Position numbers and translations under genes: made by a program. The notes below the pieces were generated by a model. The model did no database searches, was not told the DNA's origin, and was given only the letters and a program-made list of their open reading frames with translations. From Chiloscyllium plagiosum (Eukaryota): a stretch of 64,000 nucleotides of DNA. The stretch is taken from the NCBI RefSeq assembly GCF_004010195.1, contig NC_057718.1:28565071-28629070 (forward strand). Reading direction: 5' to 3'. Positions 1 through 13,382 of this stretch are shown one piece after another (the first letter of the stretch is position 1; each line of letters starts with the position of its first letter).

Positions 1-2059
1 AAGAGTAGGCCAAGTTTTGCACCTTCTCTAGTAGGTACATCCACATACTGAATCAGAAAATTGTCTTGTACGTACTTAAGAAATTCCTCTCCATCTAAAC
101 CTTTAACACTATGGCAGTCCCAGTCGATGTTTGGAAAGTTAAAATTCCCTACCATAACTACCCTTATTATTCTTACAGATAGCTGAGATCTCCTTGCAAG
201 TTTGTTTCTCAATTTCCCTCTATTAGGGGGTCTATAATACAATCCCAACAAGGTGATCATCCCTTTCTTATTTCTCAGTTCCACCCAAATAACTTCCCTC
301 GATGTATTTCCGTGAATATCCTCCCCCAGCACGGCTGTAATGCTATCCCTTATCAAAAATGCCACTTCCCCTCCTCTCTTGCCTCCCTTTCTATCCTTCC
401 TGTAGCATTTGTTTCCTGGAACATTAAGCTGCCAGTCCTGCCCATCCCTGAGCCATGTTTCTGTAATTGCTATGATATCCCAGTCCCATGTCCCTAACCA
501 TGCCCAGAGTTCTTCTGCCTTCCCTGTTAGGCCCCTTGCATTGAAATAAATGCAGATTAATTTATCAGTCCTACCTTGTCCCTGCCTGCCCTGACTGTTT
601 GACTCACTTCTGTTCTCAACCGTACCAATCTCAGATTGAACTCTTTCCTCACTATCTCCCTGTGTACCCCCCCCCCACCTTACTAGTTTAAATCCTCCCA
701 AGCAGTTCTGGCAAATCTCCCTGCCAGTATATTAGTCCTCTTCCAATTTAGGTGCAATCCGTCCTTCTTGTACAGGTCACTTCTACCCCAAAAGCGATTC
801 CAATGATCCAAAAATGTGAAACCTTCTCCCATACACCAGCTCCTCAGCCATGCATTCATCTGCTCTATCCTCCTATTCCTGCCCTCACTAGTTTGCAGCA
901 CTGGGAGTGATCCAGATATTACTACTCTTGAGGACCTCCTTTTTATATTTCTGCCTAACTCTCTTTAATCTCCCTTCAAAGTCTCAACCGTTTCCCTTCC
1001 TATATAATTGGCTCCAATGTGGGGTCCCTCTCCCCCGTGGGAACGTACTGCACCTTCTCTGAGACATCCTTGATCCTGGCACCAGGGAAACAGCACACCA
1101 TTCTGCTTTTTCTCTGCTGGCCACAGAAATGTCTGTCTGTACCTCGGACTACAGAATCCCCTAAAACAATTGATCTCTTGGAAGTCGACGTACCCCTCAT
1201 TGCATTAGAGCCAGTCTCAATACCAGAAACTTTGCTGTTCATGCTTCATTCCCCTGAGAATCCATCACCCCTACATTTTCCAAAACAGCATACCTGTTTG
1301 AAATGGGTATATTCGCAAAAGACCCCTGCACTAGCTGCCTACCTCTCTTGCCCTTCCTGGAGTTAACCCATCTATGTGACTGTGTCTAAGACTTTCCCCT
1401 CTTCTTATAACTGCCATCTATCACATACTGTTGCTGTTGCAATTTCCTCATTGCTTCTATCTGTCTCTCCTATCGATCCACTCGATCTAATAAGATTTGC
1501 ATCCAACAACATTTATGGCAGATATTAGATTAGAATAGATTACTTACAGTGTGGAAACAGGCCCTTCAGCCTAACAAGTCCACACCGCCCCGCCGAAGCG
1601 CAACCCACCCATACCCCTACATTTACCCCTTACCTCATCCGCAGTAACCCTTAAACTCTCTTTAAACTCCCACATCTGACAAGAAGTACATCTCACTGCA
1701 AAGGCCATTTTTGCTTCTACACAATCTACAGACCCAGAAAATAACACCGTCTTATTCCTCTACAAAATACTACATCCGGTTAAATGAATAGTTATGGCTC
1801 ATATTTTAAGTTTAATCAAGAGACTTATCTCCAAAAACATATAATCAAGAAAGAACCCACTGTACTCACTAATGCAGCCTTTCTCTTGGACAGACGTAAA
1901 ACAACAATTAACTTATCTCATTCTGTGTTGTGAACTTCGCCCAAACCGGTTCCTCCAAGATTAGTTGTGAAATTCACTGTTTGTTAATTTTCCCAGATGC
2001 ACTCCGATATCCAGCGAAACATGAATTCAAAACAGCAAAGGCAGTAACTGTGCAGGTTC
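1..2059 (-). mobile_element. CR1 (HER1-like) LINE, 5' part: 5'UTR, ORF1 with SGNH esterase domain, start of ORF2 endonuclease; decayed
   Basis: Minus-strand peptides IVLGDSVVRG...CCFPGARIKDVSE and QMNAWLRSWC..EGFTFLDHW..FWGRSDLYKKDGLHLN. Colinear with the copy at 44800-46660. Confidence 0.9.
1526..1635 (-). mobile_element. 5'-truncated HE1 SINE 3' tail inserted in the CR1
   Basis: tagattagaatagattacttacagtgtggaaacaggccc... matches other HE1 tails and is absent from the homologous position (~46245) of the second CR1 copy. Confidence 0.85.
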
Positions 2060-2064
2060 TTCTC

Positions 2065-2925
2065 AACTCCATTCTCCTCCCTTCTCTCCATAATATTTGA
2101 TCTCTTTACTAATCAAGATCCTATCTAAGTCTATCTTAAATACATTCAATAAGTTGGCCTCCATAGATTCACCACTCTCTGTTGAAGAAATTCTCCTCAT
2201 CTCAGTTCTAAAGCATCATCCCGTCAACCTGAGGCTGTGCCCGAGTCCTAACCTCTCTTACTAGTGGAACTGCCTTCTCCATGTTCAGTGTATCCACGTC
2301 TTTAAATATCCTGTAAGTTTTAATCAGATCTCTCCCCTTTTTCTAAACTCCATCGCGTGCAGACCCAGAGTTCTCAACGGCTCCTCAGATGACAAGCCCT
2401 TTATCCGATGATCATTCTTGTGTAGCTCCTCTGGATCTGCTCCAAGACCAGCACATCCCTCCTTAGATTTGGGATCCAAAATTGCTCACAATGCAGCAAA
2501 TGTGGTCTGACTAAAGCCTTCTACAGTGTTTGCAGTATGTCTCCACCCTTGTATTCTAACCCTCTTGATTTAGGTTCCCTACAGTGTGAAAACAGGCCAT
2601 TTGACCCACACTGACCCTCTGAAGATTTACCCACCCAGACCCATTCCCCTACCCTATATTTACCCCAGACTAGTGCACCTAACACTCTGGTAATTTAGCA
2701 TGACCAATTCACCTGACCTGCACATCTTTGGATTGTGGGAGGAAACCAGAGCACCCGGAGGAAATCCACACAGACACAGGGAGAACGTACAAACTCCACA
2801 GAGAAAGTCGACTGAGGCGGGAATCAAACCTGGGACCCTGGTGCTGTGAGGCAGCAGTGCTAACCACTGAGCCACTGTGCCTCCCAAATGAATGCCAACA
2901 TTGTATTTGCCTTCCTAACTGCCTC
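2065..2925 (-). mobile_element. Old CR1 3' fragment interrupted by an HE1 SINE
   Basis: Similar to other CR1 3' regions in the window. CR1 sequence resumes after the SINE (ctaaccctcttga...aatgaatgccaacattg). Confidence 0.7.
2567..2885 (-). mobile_element. HE1-type V-SINE (tRNA-derived)
   Basis: Minus-strand head GGCACAGTGGCTCAGTGGTTAGCACTGCTGCCTCACAG with A/B boxes, central V-domain-like GGTGCTCTGGTTTCCTCCCACAATCCAAAGATGTGCAGG, CR1-like tail. Confidence 0.92.
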
Positions 2926-3622
2926 TGTGTTTGTATGTGTCTCTCACTCCCTCTTTCTCTCTATCTCTCCACAGATCCTGCCAGATCTGTTCAGTGTTTC
3001 CAGCATTGTGTTTTTCTTTGCAGTGTTTTGCTTTTTTTTCACCTCCTTGGTTGAGTCAGCAAATCTTGCTTGTATTTAAATCAATCACATTGTTTTCACT
3101 TGGGCAGTACCAAAACTAAAAGCAGAAAAATATTGACTACATGCATGGCAGTGTTGGATAGATACAAATAGTTCATTTGTTTTATGTATCAATATAATTA
3201 ATTTGTAGATTAATCATAAGTTGTTTCCTGTAAACTGTTCCCTTTCTCAGTGGAATATGGGTAGATGTGACATGGCTATATTCTTTAGCTGCTTGAGTGA
3301 GACACAGTGAGCAGGAGCAATTGAACATCTGCTTCCCATTCACCTCACCCAAGCAGTGACAACTTTCCTGCATCTCAGAGTACTGTGTTGATGAAAACCT
3401 CAACATTAATGTCATTGATGGAAATGCAGACAGGACAGCATCACTTTAAACAACCGGCTCTCAAGGGTGTGCCTGTACTGCAGTATTTGGAAGCAATATC
3501 TTTCGGGTTGTTATTTGCAATAGCTATGACTTTAATGTTAATGAGATTCTAACTATGTCTTTATATGATAAAATATGAGATTCTAACTATGTCTTTAAAT
3601 GATAAAATATCTATTTATTCAT

Positions 3623-3898
3623 TTAGAAAGAACTGAAACCAACATGGTCATTCTAAAAGATGAGAGGCTTCACAAAAAATGCAGGTCTTTTTCAATATAT
3701 TGCTTCAGTTGCATCACACTGTAAACGTTTGCTATAAATTCTATATGTTACGATCTTATACTCCACAACCACCTGATGAAGGAGCATTGCTTCGAAAGTT
3801 AGTGCTTCCAAATAAACCTGCGGGACTATAACTTGTTGTTGGGTGATTTTTAACTTTGTCCACCTGAGTCCAACACCGGCACCTCCAAACCATGACTA
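3623..3898 (+). mobile_element. Penelope-like element terminal (pLTR) fragment, family A
   Basis: 3623-3710 matches 11445-11535 at the end of the RT/GIY-YIG PLE. Contains a hammerhead motif and the tail shared with 24751, 30053 and 31166. Confidence 0.85.
3770..3804 (+). ncRNA. Minimal type I hammerhead ribozyme motif (family A), near-intact
   Basis: cac-CTGATGA-a-GGAGC att GCTTC-GAAA-GTTA-gtg: stem I cac/gtg, stem II, conserved core. Stem III palindrome AGCT changed to AGTT. Confidence 0.7.
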
Positions 3899-3929
3899 TT
3901 TATCCATGACCATCCTCCATCCAGTCTGA

Positions 3930-4206
3930 AATGATAAGGGTAGCAGATAAATGGGAACACCACAAGGTCCGAGTTGCAGCAAACCATACACCATCCTGAT
4001 GTGGAATTACATCACTGTTCCTTCACTACTGCAGGATCAAAGTTCTGACCCCTCCTCAGTAATACTGGTGTAGGTGTACCCACACGACATGGATTGCTAA
4101 GGTTCAAGAAAACAGCTCAACATCACATCTTCAAGGACAATTAGGCAGAGGCAATAAATGCTGTCCAACCAGTGCCACACATTCTGTGAAAGAAGTTTTA
4201 AAAAAT
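3930..4206 (+). mobile_element. 3' end of a CR1/L2-group LINE (other pieces at ~15990-16305 +, 47540-48030 -, 48690-48870 -, 50000-50490 -)
   Basis: Recurrent tail ttcaagaa..cagctca...cttc..aagg.caattagg...ggcaataaatgctg ending in an A-rich run; family name not assignable from sequence alone. Confidence 0.65.
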
Positions 4207-5584
4207 ATTTGTTCCATTCAAAATGCTTCCATCAGAAATGCCCGGCTACTTTAAGAAATAAAGGTGGTAATTCAATGTGTGATGTAAGTCTTTCCCCTCT
4301 CTGTCACATTTGTACAAAGAGATGTACCACAGTTGCAGAGTAGGACAGATTAGCTCCAAATACTGGCTTAGATGTGATGGCATGCCACTGTTATTTGACT
4401 CCTAGCCTGTACTATAGATAAGGAAAACAACAAAAAGATAGCCGCAAGAGGTCCGATCATCATTTCATGGCCTATCTCTTTGACAATATTCATCCACATT
4501 CAAAGGAGGAAGGACATAATGGATTGACTTATAGCTTACAGTCCCCTTGACTTATTAAAGTGAAAGAATACATTAATGAAGCAGGAATTAATGTGATGTT
4601 TAAACTTTACAGAGGTTCATGGGAAGTGCAAATAAGCACACTGTAGATCTCTGAACCGTTCATTTTACCACATGAACTGGTGTCAGAGATAGGGAAAGGT
4701 GGGTGCTTCCAAATATGAAATGATTTGGAATAAGTCAATGACACTCAGCCCAAATCATTGCAAAGCCTGTTTTTTTCTCTCATGCTTACAGCCAGATTGG
4801 TGTAGCTGTACATTGCTCGATGAGTGCTAATTACTCTCAGTTTGATTGTATGTCTATCTGAACGTAGATACATCATAATCTTGTGGATATAGATAGTGGA
4901 CCATTGATCATCTCATTATCAGAACCAGTATGCTATGGGATGGTCTCCAGTGCATGAACATGAGCCTGATGTTTGACAAACATTCTTTTCCTAAATGCTG
5001 GATCCAAGGGTCTATTTCCCTTGGTTCCTCAGTGGAATACTGGTACTTCCTGATCCTGTAGTGAGTAGCAAGTGCATCTTCATCTCTACATTGAGTATTC
5101 AGGTCACTGAGACTCCATGAGTTACCCCGAGAGCTCCCTTTGGGTTCACTGATTTCACTGCAATGGAGCTACTGGTGTGGTACTTGGGAGAAAAGGCGAA
5201 TGATTGGTAAAATGGATAAAGATTGACTGCCAGCGACTGATGAAGGTGAGACCATATTCTTTTTGGTGGTCTTCCTCAGCATGTTGCTGCAGTGTGCCTG
5301 GAAGGTTAAGGAAAGAAAGTAGGATAGATCAGATTGGAGAATGATCCTAGTTCGTTCAGTACAAGGGAACGCTGAGGCATTCACCATGCATCATGATCAT
5401 AGATTTCACTGGTGTTTAGGCAACATAGTCAAGAGAGGTGGTGTTGAGATGAAACTGGATAGATCAGTCTACATTGTGCCTGTGAACGGTACAGCTAAAG
5501 AATCCCTGATGTGGCTAAAAGACCGCTGTCGAGTCTGCAGCTTTCAAGTAAGCAAAGACTTGTACTTGAGCAAATATGCAAGGG

Positions 5585-5771
5585 AGAAAGTGAGGACTGC
5601 AAATGCTGGAGATCAGAGCTGAAAATGTGCTGCTGGAAAAGCGCAGCAGGTCAGGCAGCATCCAAGGAACAGGAGAATCGACGTTTTGGGCATGAGCCCT
5701 TCTTCAGGCCGAAACGTCAACTCTCCTTGGATGCTGCCTGACCTGCTGCGCTTTTCCAGCAACACATTTTC
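5585..5771. mobile_element. Palindromic PLE pLTR insertion (family B) with 16-bp TSD
   Basis: agcaaatatgcaaggg at 5569-5584 and 5772-5787. Inverted arms, with minus-strand CTGAAGA-a-GGGC tcat GCCC-AAAA-CGTC (hammerhead with G12 mutated). Confidence 0.88.
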
Positions 5772-6109
5772 AGCAAATATGCAAGGGTTCAGGTCTTTCC
5801 CCTCTGAGACCCTTACACAACCCCTCAAACCGTGCAGCTCACATTTACAGCAGTAAACGGCCTGCTCTCTGTTACATAGTTTGGCATCTTCATTAGCCAT
5901 CAGGTGTCCTGCTTCTGGGACAGTCTGTTTTCCATGTAGCAAACACATAAAACTAAACATGATCACATATGTTAATATTCTTTCTCATACACCCTAACTT
6001 AATTTATTTACAAACCATGTTACATTAGGGTAGATGGAAGACTTCTTTCTATCCAAAGAAATCACTGAGTGTTCTTTCATAGGAGTTAGAGACAAAGTTC
6101 TTGAACTAG

Positions 6110-6329
6110 GAGAACGTGAGGACTGCAGATGCTGGAGATTAGAGTTGAAAAGTGTGGTGCTGGAAAAGCAGAGCTAGTCAGGCAGCATCCGAGGAGCAGG
6201 AGAGTTGATGTTTTGAGCATGAGTCTTCATTCGGACTCCAGACAAAGAGCTCATGTTCAAAATGTCGACTCTCCTGTTCCTCGGATGCTGCCTGACTGCC
6301 TGTGCTTTTCCAGCACCACACGTTTTGAC
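6110..6329. mobile_element. Palindromic PLE pLTR insertion (family B), older, TSD not clear
   Basis: Inverted arms homologous to 5585-5771, with degenerate hammerhead cores at the centre. Confidence 0.8.
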
Positions 6330-6710
6330 AATGTTCTCTAATTCTTTTTTTTTACATGGCCAGCTTGAAGTACTTTGCAGTCCTTGTAGGACAGAAATAA
6401 GGCTGTGTATGTAAGCGTCTTAAAGTGGGTGTTGTTTGCATGCAACCTGCTCTTTCCCTGCATTGTATATTCTCACCTCCTGCTTGGTGCACAGCCATGC
6501 AGCTTGGTGGGGACTTGGAGGGGGGGGGGGGGTGGGGTGGGGGGGGAGGGCACTCATCATTTCAGAGATTTCGATTTCAATGCCTAAAATATATGCTAGA
6601 AATTATGGAGGCTGTCTCACACGCTTCTGGTCTTTCATTTCCAGCATGCAAGACTGCAGATGAGGAATGTGTATGTAGAAAACTGGCTTTGTTGCAAAAT
6701 TCAGGAGCAG

Positions 6711-7755
6711 AGAGTCATAGAGTCATAGAGCCTGAAAACAGATCTTTCAGTCCAACGTGTCCGTGCTGACCAGACATCCCAATCAGACCTGGTCCCATTT
6801 GCTAGCATTTGGCCCATTTCCTGTTCAAAAATCCATCCAGATGCCTTTTAAATGTTGCAATTGTACCCACCTCCACCACGGCCTCTGGCAGCTCGTTTCA
6901 TACATGGATCCCCCTCTGCATGAAATTGTTACCCCTCAGATCCCTTTTAATTCTTTCCCCTCTCACCTTAAACCTATGCCCTTTAGTTCTGAACTCACCC
7001 CACCCTCTGAAAAAGATCTTGTCTATTTACCCAATCCATGCCCCTCATGATTTTATAAATAAGGTCACCCCTCACCCTCCGACGTTCCAGGGAGAAAAAC
7101 CCCAGCCTATTGAGCCTCTACCTATAGCTCAAACCCTCCAATCCTGGCAACATCCTTGTAAATGTTTTCTGCATCCTCTCAAGTTTAAAAAAAACCTTCC
7201 TATAGAATGGTGACCTGAATTGTATGCAGTATTCTAAAAATGTCCTCATCAATGTCTTGTACAGTCGTAACAAAATCATCCCAACCCCTAAACTCAATGC
7301 ATTGACCAATGAAGGGAAGGGTGCCAACTGTCTTCTTCACTACTCTGTCTACCTGCGACTCCTCTTTCAAGGAACTATATGCTCTTGCACCACTGGGTCT
7401 CCTTGATTGGCAACACTTCCCAGGACCACACCATTAACTGTAGAAGTTCTGCCCTGGTTTGCCTTACCAAAATGCAACACCTCACATTTATCTAAACTAA
7501 ACTCCACCTGCCAATCCTTGGCCAATTGGCCCATATGATCATAGTCCTCTTGTACTCTGAGATAATCTTCTTCACTGTCCATTAAACCACCTATTTTGGT
7601 GTTATCTGCAAAAATTACTAATCATACCTCCTACATTCACATACAAATCATTTATATAAATGAAGTAAAACAGTGGACCCAGCACTGATCCTTGCAGCAC
7701 ACTGCACTCACAGGCCTCCAATCTGAAAAGTAACCGTCTACCATCACCCTCTGTC
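6711..7755 (-). mobile_element. CR1 (HER1-like) LINE 3' fragment with RT C-terminus
   Basis: Peptides DWQVEFSLDKCEVLHFGKANQ and LEYCIQFRSP...LERMQKTFTRMLPGLEGLSYR; (gagtcata)n terminus. Confidence 0.9.
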
Positions 7756-7805
7756 CACACCAATTAATAAAGTGAAAGGCAACCTCAACTTTGTTAAAGT
7801 GGATT

Positions 7806-8156
7806 GGGTGGCATGTTGGCTCAGTGGTTAGCACTGCTACCTCACAGCACCAGGGACCCGTGTTTAATTCCACCATTGGGCAACTGTGTAGAGTTTCAAC
7901 TTTTTCCCTGTTTGTCTGGGTTTTCTCCAGGTGCTCCAGTTTTCTTCCACAATCCAAAGATGTGCAGATTAGTTGATTGGCCATGCTAAATTGTCTGTAT
8001 TGTCTCAGGGATATGCAGGTATGTGGGTTAGCCACGGTAAACTTGAGGTTATGGGGATAGGGTAAGGAGCTGGGTTTGGTAGTATGCTCTTTGGGTGGTC
8101 AGTGCAGACTTGATGGGCTAAATGGCCTCTTTCCACACTGTAGGGATTCTATGATT
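7806..8156 (+). mobile_element. HE1-type V-SINE
   Basis: tRNA-like head, V-domain and ...ttccacactgtagggattctatga tail. Confidence 0.9.
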
Positions 8157-9417
8157 AAATCCACAGGGAGTTTACAGTAATGTTTCACAGATGTGTACAT
8201 AATTTCAAGCAAGCTAACAAAGAACTGAAAGTTAGATGGCAATTGTTCCTGATTCACTCAAATACCACAGGTTACCAAGATATCCTAATTTGGTCATAGA
8301 AATCTAAGCAACAATGAAGGTGGCAAAAATCACTGGAGCCTAATGGACTCACCAGTGTTTTGAAGCTAAGACTACTGAAGCATATACCAGATATAAATCT
8401 CCTCCCAGTCACACGGGGGATCTGAAAAGCACATACAGCCAATAAATGCACTGACGACAGGCCAGGGCTGCTGTGCCAAACCCTTCTCACGTACAGTTCT
8501 AAGTTCAGCAAAATGGCAATCGTAAATGGCAGTTGGGTTTTCATGACCTTGTAGTGTATGACAGGGTTTTTCTATCTTCGTGACTCAAACAACTCGGACA
8601 CAACTTGCACGAAGCCTATGATGAAATGTCTGTTTTGTATTCTTTTGAGTTTGTTGGGAATTAGATGTGTGGTTCACCGGGATTTTTCTGTTCCTCTTTT
8701 TATATTAACAATAACTTAACTGAAGCTCCCCTCAAAACCCTCAAATAAACTGTACAATCTCCTTTCCGGTCCTAACAAGACCTCCCTCGCAGTTAGCTAA
8801 CTGGTTAGATTTGACCGTGAAACAAAGAGGCCAGGACGGGTTGCAGGCTGTCAGTATCAGTTGCAGCACCCTCTGCTGGGATATGTACTCGACTGTTTCT
8901 GGTTTAATAGGGTGGCGATCTGTTTTCATGATTATCCATTGTTTGATTTAGATTAAGGTAGGTTCCATTCCCCTCAAAGTAACCCGTTGATGTGGTTTGA
9001 TTTTAAAATTGGTCCTGATACTCCACGTGTATAACTTTTTTTTATTGGCTGTGACAATAAAACAGTTCCTTTATGCGAGTACTTCAGAAGGTCATTTCCA
9101 TGAGTTATGAGATTAAAGCACAATCTGCATGGTGTCGTTGGATGAGCCTTGCTATTCATTGGTTTTCTGCTTGTTTGCGAAGGGAAGAAAATCAAGTTAA
9201 AGGAAGCCAGCACCTCCTAAAGGGAAAGTATACTTTGGCTGCAGACCTTATTGGACCTCAAGTTCTCTGATATTGCAATCCGTGTCCTGGCCCAGGCACC
9301 TGACAAGACAAGGAAAATAATGATCCAAGCTTGGGGCAGGATGCTGTCCAGACAACACTGTTACCCTTTAATGGGAAGATGCCATTTAAAAGGTTGATCC
9401 AGGAAATTATAATTTAG

Positions 9418-11535
9418 AGGTGCCATCATCATTCAGAATAGAATAGATTACTGCAAGGAAGTGTACTGACAACTGAACACAGAAACACAACAGGCAACTA
9501 CAGGCCAATCTGACCAAAGAGCACACCCATGAACTAAATACATAGAACAGGACTTTGGATCCCGTCTTTCAGAGTTCCCTACGTGCCCTCATCCCATGTA
9601 CTTCTAGCGACTTCTACTGGCCTCTGCAAATACATAAAGCCAACACACCAGGGCATCCCATCCTATCAAGCAATGGGACCCTGTGTGTGAGAACCTCTCT
9701 GGCTATGTCAAAGGCATCTTGAAACCCATTGTATAGGGGACCCCAGCTTCTGTCGTGACACTACTAATTTCTTACAGAAACTCAGCACCCACGGACCAGT
9801 CAAACCAGGAACATTCCTCATCACAATGGACATTTCAGCACTCTTCACACAATTCACACCAACATCCCCCACAATGACGACATCACGGTAACAGCCTCAG
9901 TACTCGACAGCAACAACTGTCAACCTCCAAGCACTATCCCAAAACTCATCCACTTCATCCTCGACCACAACGCTTTCACCTTTGACAACCAGTTCTTCAT
10001 CCAGAACAGCCATGGGGATCAAATTTGCATCCCAATATGCCAACATTTTCATGCACAGGTTCGAACTAGACTTCTTCTCCATGGAGCCATTCCCTACGGA
10101 CAAGTCCTAAGCATACACAGAATCTGCTCAGATGAGAAGTAATGTGACGGGTACCTGGAAGTACTCAAGGTTGCCCTCAAAAGAACGGGGTTGCTCAACT
10201 CATCAACCACCAGTTCTGACGTGCCACTGCGAGAAACTGTAATGACCTCCTCAGGAGACAGACACAAGCTGCAAACGACAGGGTTCCCTTCGTTGTCCAG
10301 TACTTCCCAGGAGCCGAAAAACTACACCATGTTCATCGCAGCCTGCAACAGATTATCAATGAGGATAAGCATCTTGCCAGGATATTCCCTACACCTCCAC
10401 CTCTCACCTTTAAACAGCCATCAAACTTCAAACAGATCATTGTTTGCAGCAAACTGTCTGGCTTTCAGGACAACACCATACAATTTTGCCACAGTAGACA
10501 CTGCAAGACGTATCAGAGTGTGGACATGGATACCACCATTATGTGTGGAGGCACCACCACACCGTATATGCGGCAGGTACTCATGTGACTCAGACAACAG
10601 TGTCTATCTCATACGCTGCAGGCAAGGATGTCCTGAGGCATGGTACATTGGTGAAACTGAGCAGAGGCTATGGCAACAGATGGATGGACACCGCACAACA
10701 ATCAACAAACAGGAGTGTTCCCTTCCAGTTGGGGAACACTTCAGTGGTCTGACACATTTGACCTTGGACCTTGGTGACCATCCTCCAAGGGGGACTTTGG
10801 GACAGGCAACAGTGAAAAGTAGCCGAGCAGAGGCTGATAGCCAAGTTCAGTACCCATGGGGATGGCCTCAACCGGGACCGTGGGTTCATGTCACACTACA
10901 GGTGACCCCACTGCACTACGCATACACACAGACGCCCACAGACACACACACGCCCACAGACACACACACACACACACACACAGACACACACATACCCACA
11001 GACACACACACCAACTCCGACAGACCATACACTCATGTAGACCCTCTCTCGTACACAAGCTCTGTCTCATACACTCACACGTACACTCCCGCACTTACAT
11101 CCACACACGCACCCTCTCACAGACTTATACCCCTTTACACTCACATTCACACACATATAGATGCATACATTCTCTCACAAACACACACCTACAAGCACAC
11201 ACACAGAGATATAAGTTTATGGAGTGAATTTGTACTTGCAGAATTAAATTTTATTTTGCTCAAAACTGCATGAATCCATGTAAGTTTATGTAAATCCCTT
11301 TTTTAGATTAGAATCAGACTGAACATTGGGGCACAGACAGTCTCACAGGGCACCTCACACCTTCAGTGCATTATCTGGGCCAATATGGTACCTATTGTTA
11401 AAGTTCACATAAGAACGTAACTTTAAAAAAGTTCTGGGATTTACATATGAAAGAAATGAAACCAACATGGTCATTCTAAAAGATGAAAGACTCAACAAAC
11501 AATCCAGGTCTTTTTCAATATATAATTTCAGTTAC
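9418..11535 (+). mobile_element. Decayed Penelope-like retroelement (RT + GIY-YIG endonuclease), parent of family A
   Basis: Frameshifted RT motifs (IHKANTPGHPILSS, LITMDISALF, FTFDNQFFIQ, TAMGIKFASQYANIFM) and GIY-YIG VYLIRCRQGCPEAWYIGET...PVGEHFS. CA-rich 3' region; the catalytic YxDD segment is deleted. Confidence 0.9.
10920..11205 (+). repeat. CA-rich microsatellite-like tract within the PLE 3' region
   Basis: Imperfect (CA)n/(CACAGA)n runs. Confidence 0.85.
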
Positions 11536-12022
11536 GTAGGGAATCACAAAAAGTTGGTTTGCAGGTGCAGTAGATAATTATGAAGGCCAATATAATATTG
11601 TCCTTCATTGCCAGAGGAATGGAGTTTAAAACTAAACAGGTAATACTGCAGCTGTACAAGTTGCTCGTGAGGCTGTTTACAGTTTTGGTCTCTTTACTTG
11701 ACAAAGGATGTACTAGCACTGAAGGGGGTGCAGAAGAGCATCACCAGGTCGATTCTGGAGTTGAGAGGATTGGCTTATGAGGAGAGATTGTGTAGACTGG
11801 GACTATACTCATTGGAATTTAGAAGAATGAGGGGGATTCATATAGAAATATATAAACTTATGGAGGGAATAGATAAGATAGAAGCAAGGAGGTTGTTTCC
11901 ACTGGCAGGTAAAACTAGAATGAGGGAGGGGGTGTAGCCTCAAAATAAGGGGGAGCAGACTTAGGAATAAGTTGAGGAAGAATGTCTTCGCCCGAAAGGT
12001 TGTGAATCTGTGGAATTCCCTG
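11536..12022 (+). mobile_element. CR1 LINE RT C-terminal fragment (second subfamily)
   Basis: KANIILSFIARGMEFK and YEERLCRLGLYSLEFRRMRG..IEIYKLMEGIDK. Confidence 0.88.
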
Positions 12023-13092
12023 CCGACCAGATATCCCAACCCAATCTAGTCCCACCTGCCAGCACCCGGCCCATATCCCTCCAAACCCTTCCTATTCATA
12101 TACCCATCCAAATGCCTCTTAAATGTTGCAATTGTACCAGCCTCCACCACATCTTCTGGCAGCTCATTCCATACATGTACCACCCTCTGCGTGAAAACGT
12201 TGCCCCTTAGGTCTCTTTTATATCTTTCCCCTCTCACCCTAAACCTATGCCCTCTAATTATGGACTCCCCGATCCCAAGGAAAAGACTTTGCCTATTTAT
12301 CCTATCCATGCCCCTCATAATTTTGTAAACCTCTATAAGGTCACCCCTCAGCCTCCAATGAGGTAAAAACAATGACTGCAGATGCTGGGAACCAGATTTA
12401 GCCTCCAATGCTCCAGGGAAAACAGCCCCAGCCTGTTCAGCCTCTCCCTGTAGCTCAGATCCTCCAACCCTGGCAACATCCTTGTAAATCTTTTCTGAAC
12501 CCTTTCAAGTTTCACAACATCTTTCCAATAGGAAGGAGACCAGAATTGCACGCAATATTCCAACAGTGGCCTAACCATTGTCCTGTACAGCCGCAACATG
12601 ACCTCCCAACTCCTGTACTCAATACTCTGACCAATAAAGGAAAGCATACCAAACGCCTTCTTCACTATCCTATCTACCTGCAACTCCACTTTCAAGGAGC
12701 TATGAACCTGCACTCCAAGGTCTCTTTGTTCAGCAACACTCCCTAGGACCTTACCATTAAGTGTATAAGTAATGATAAGATTTGCTTTCCCAAAATGCAA
12801 CACCTCACATTTATCTGAATTAAACGCCATCTGCCACTTCTCAGCCCATTGGCCCATCTGGTCCAGATCATGCTGTAATCTGAGGTAACGTTCTTTGCTG
12901 TCCACTACACCTCCAATTTTGATGTCATCTGCAAACTTACTAACTGTACCTCTTATGCTCGCATCCAAATCATTTCTGTAGATGACAAAAAGTAGAGGAT
13001 CCAGCATCGATCCTTATGGCACTCCACTGGTCACAGGCCTCCAGTCTGAAAAACAACCCTCCAGCACCACCCTCTGTCTTCTACCTTTGAGC
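12023..13092 (-). mobile_element. Relatively young CR1 (HER1-like) ORF2 3' fragment
   Basis: SKFADDIKIGG...FNSDKCEVLHFGK...LEYCVQFWSP...LERVQKRFTRMLPGL; open frame broken by a 39-bp insert. Confidence 0.93.
12361..12399 (-). mobile_element. 39-bp PLE 3'-terminal micro-insertion with 11-bp TSD
   Basis: agcctccaatg at 12350-12360 and 12400-12410; the insert contains gactgcagatgctgg shared with family B ends. Confidence 0.8.
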
Positions 13093-13093
13093 C

Positions 13094-13382
13094 TTTTATT
13101 CTCTCATGGGATGCGACCATTGCTGGCTGGACAAGCATTTAGTCCCTAGAGGGCAGTTAAGAGTCAACAACATTACTGACCATACCAGGTAAAGATGACC
13201 AATTTCCTTCCTTAAAAGAAATTTGTGAACAAGATGGAATATAAAAAACCATCAACAATGGTTACCATTAGACTAACTTTTATTTTTCATCATCTTCCTT
13301 TGTGGGATTTGAACGCATGTCCCCAGAATATTTACTTGAGGTCCTGGATGGCCAGTTCAGTGGCATTATCACGATGCTACCA
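13094..13382 (-). mobile_element. tRNA-derived SINE (MetaSINE-like central domain); related copies ~16755-16995 + and ~31815-32205 -
   Basis: Minus-strand head with GTTCAAATCCC B box and central GGAAGGAAAT.G.CATC.TTACCTGG motif. 3' tail shared with the LINE at 48690-48870. Superfamily name from memory of the motif. Confidence 0.6.

Noticed and set aside
3541..3608. 34-bp tandem duplication
   Set aside because: Ordinary two-copy slippage event in AT-rich DNA with no further structure.
6518..6550. G-tract (also 39373-39413) as a functional G-quadruplex
   Set aside because: Simple low-complexity expansions, one inside a decayed CR1; no evidence of function.
10191..11273. 360-aa ORF as a host gene
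   Set aside because: Mosaic of shifted Penelope frames, a GIY-YIG piece and a translated CA microsatellite.
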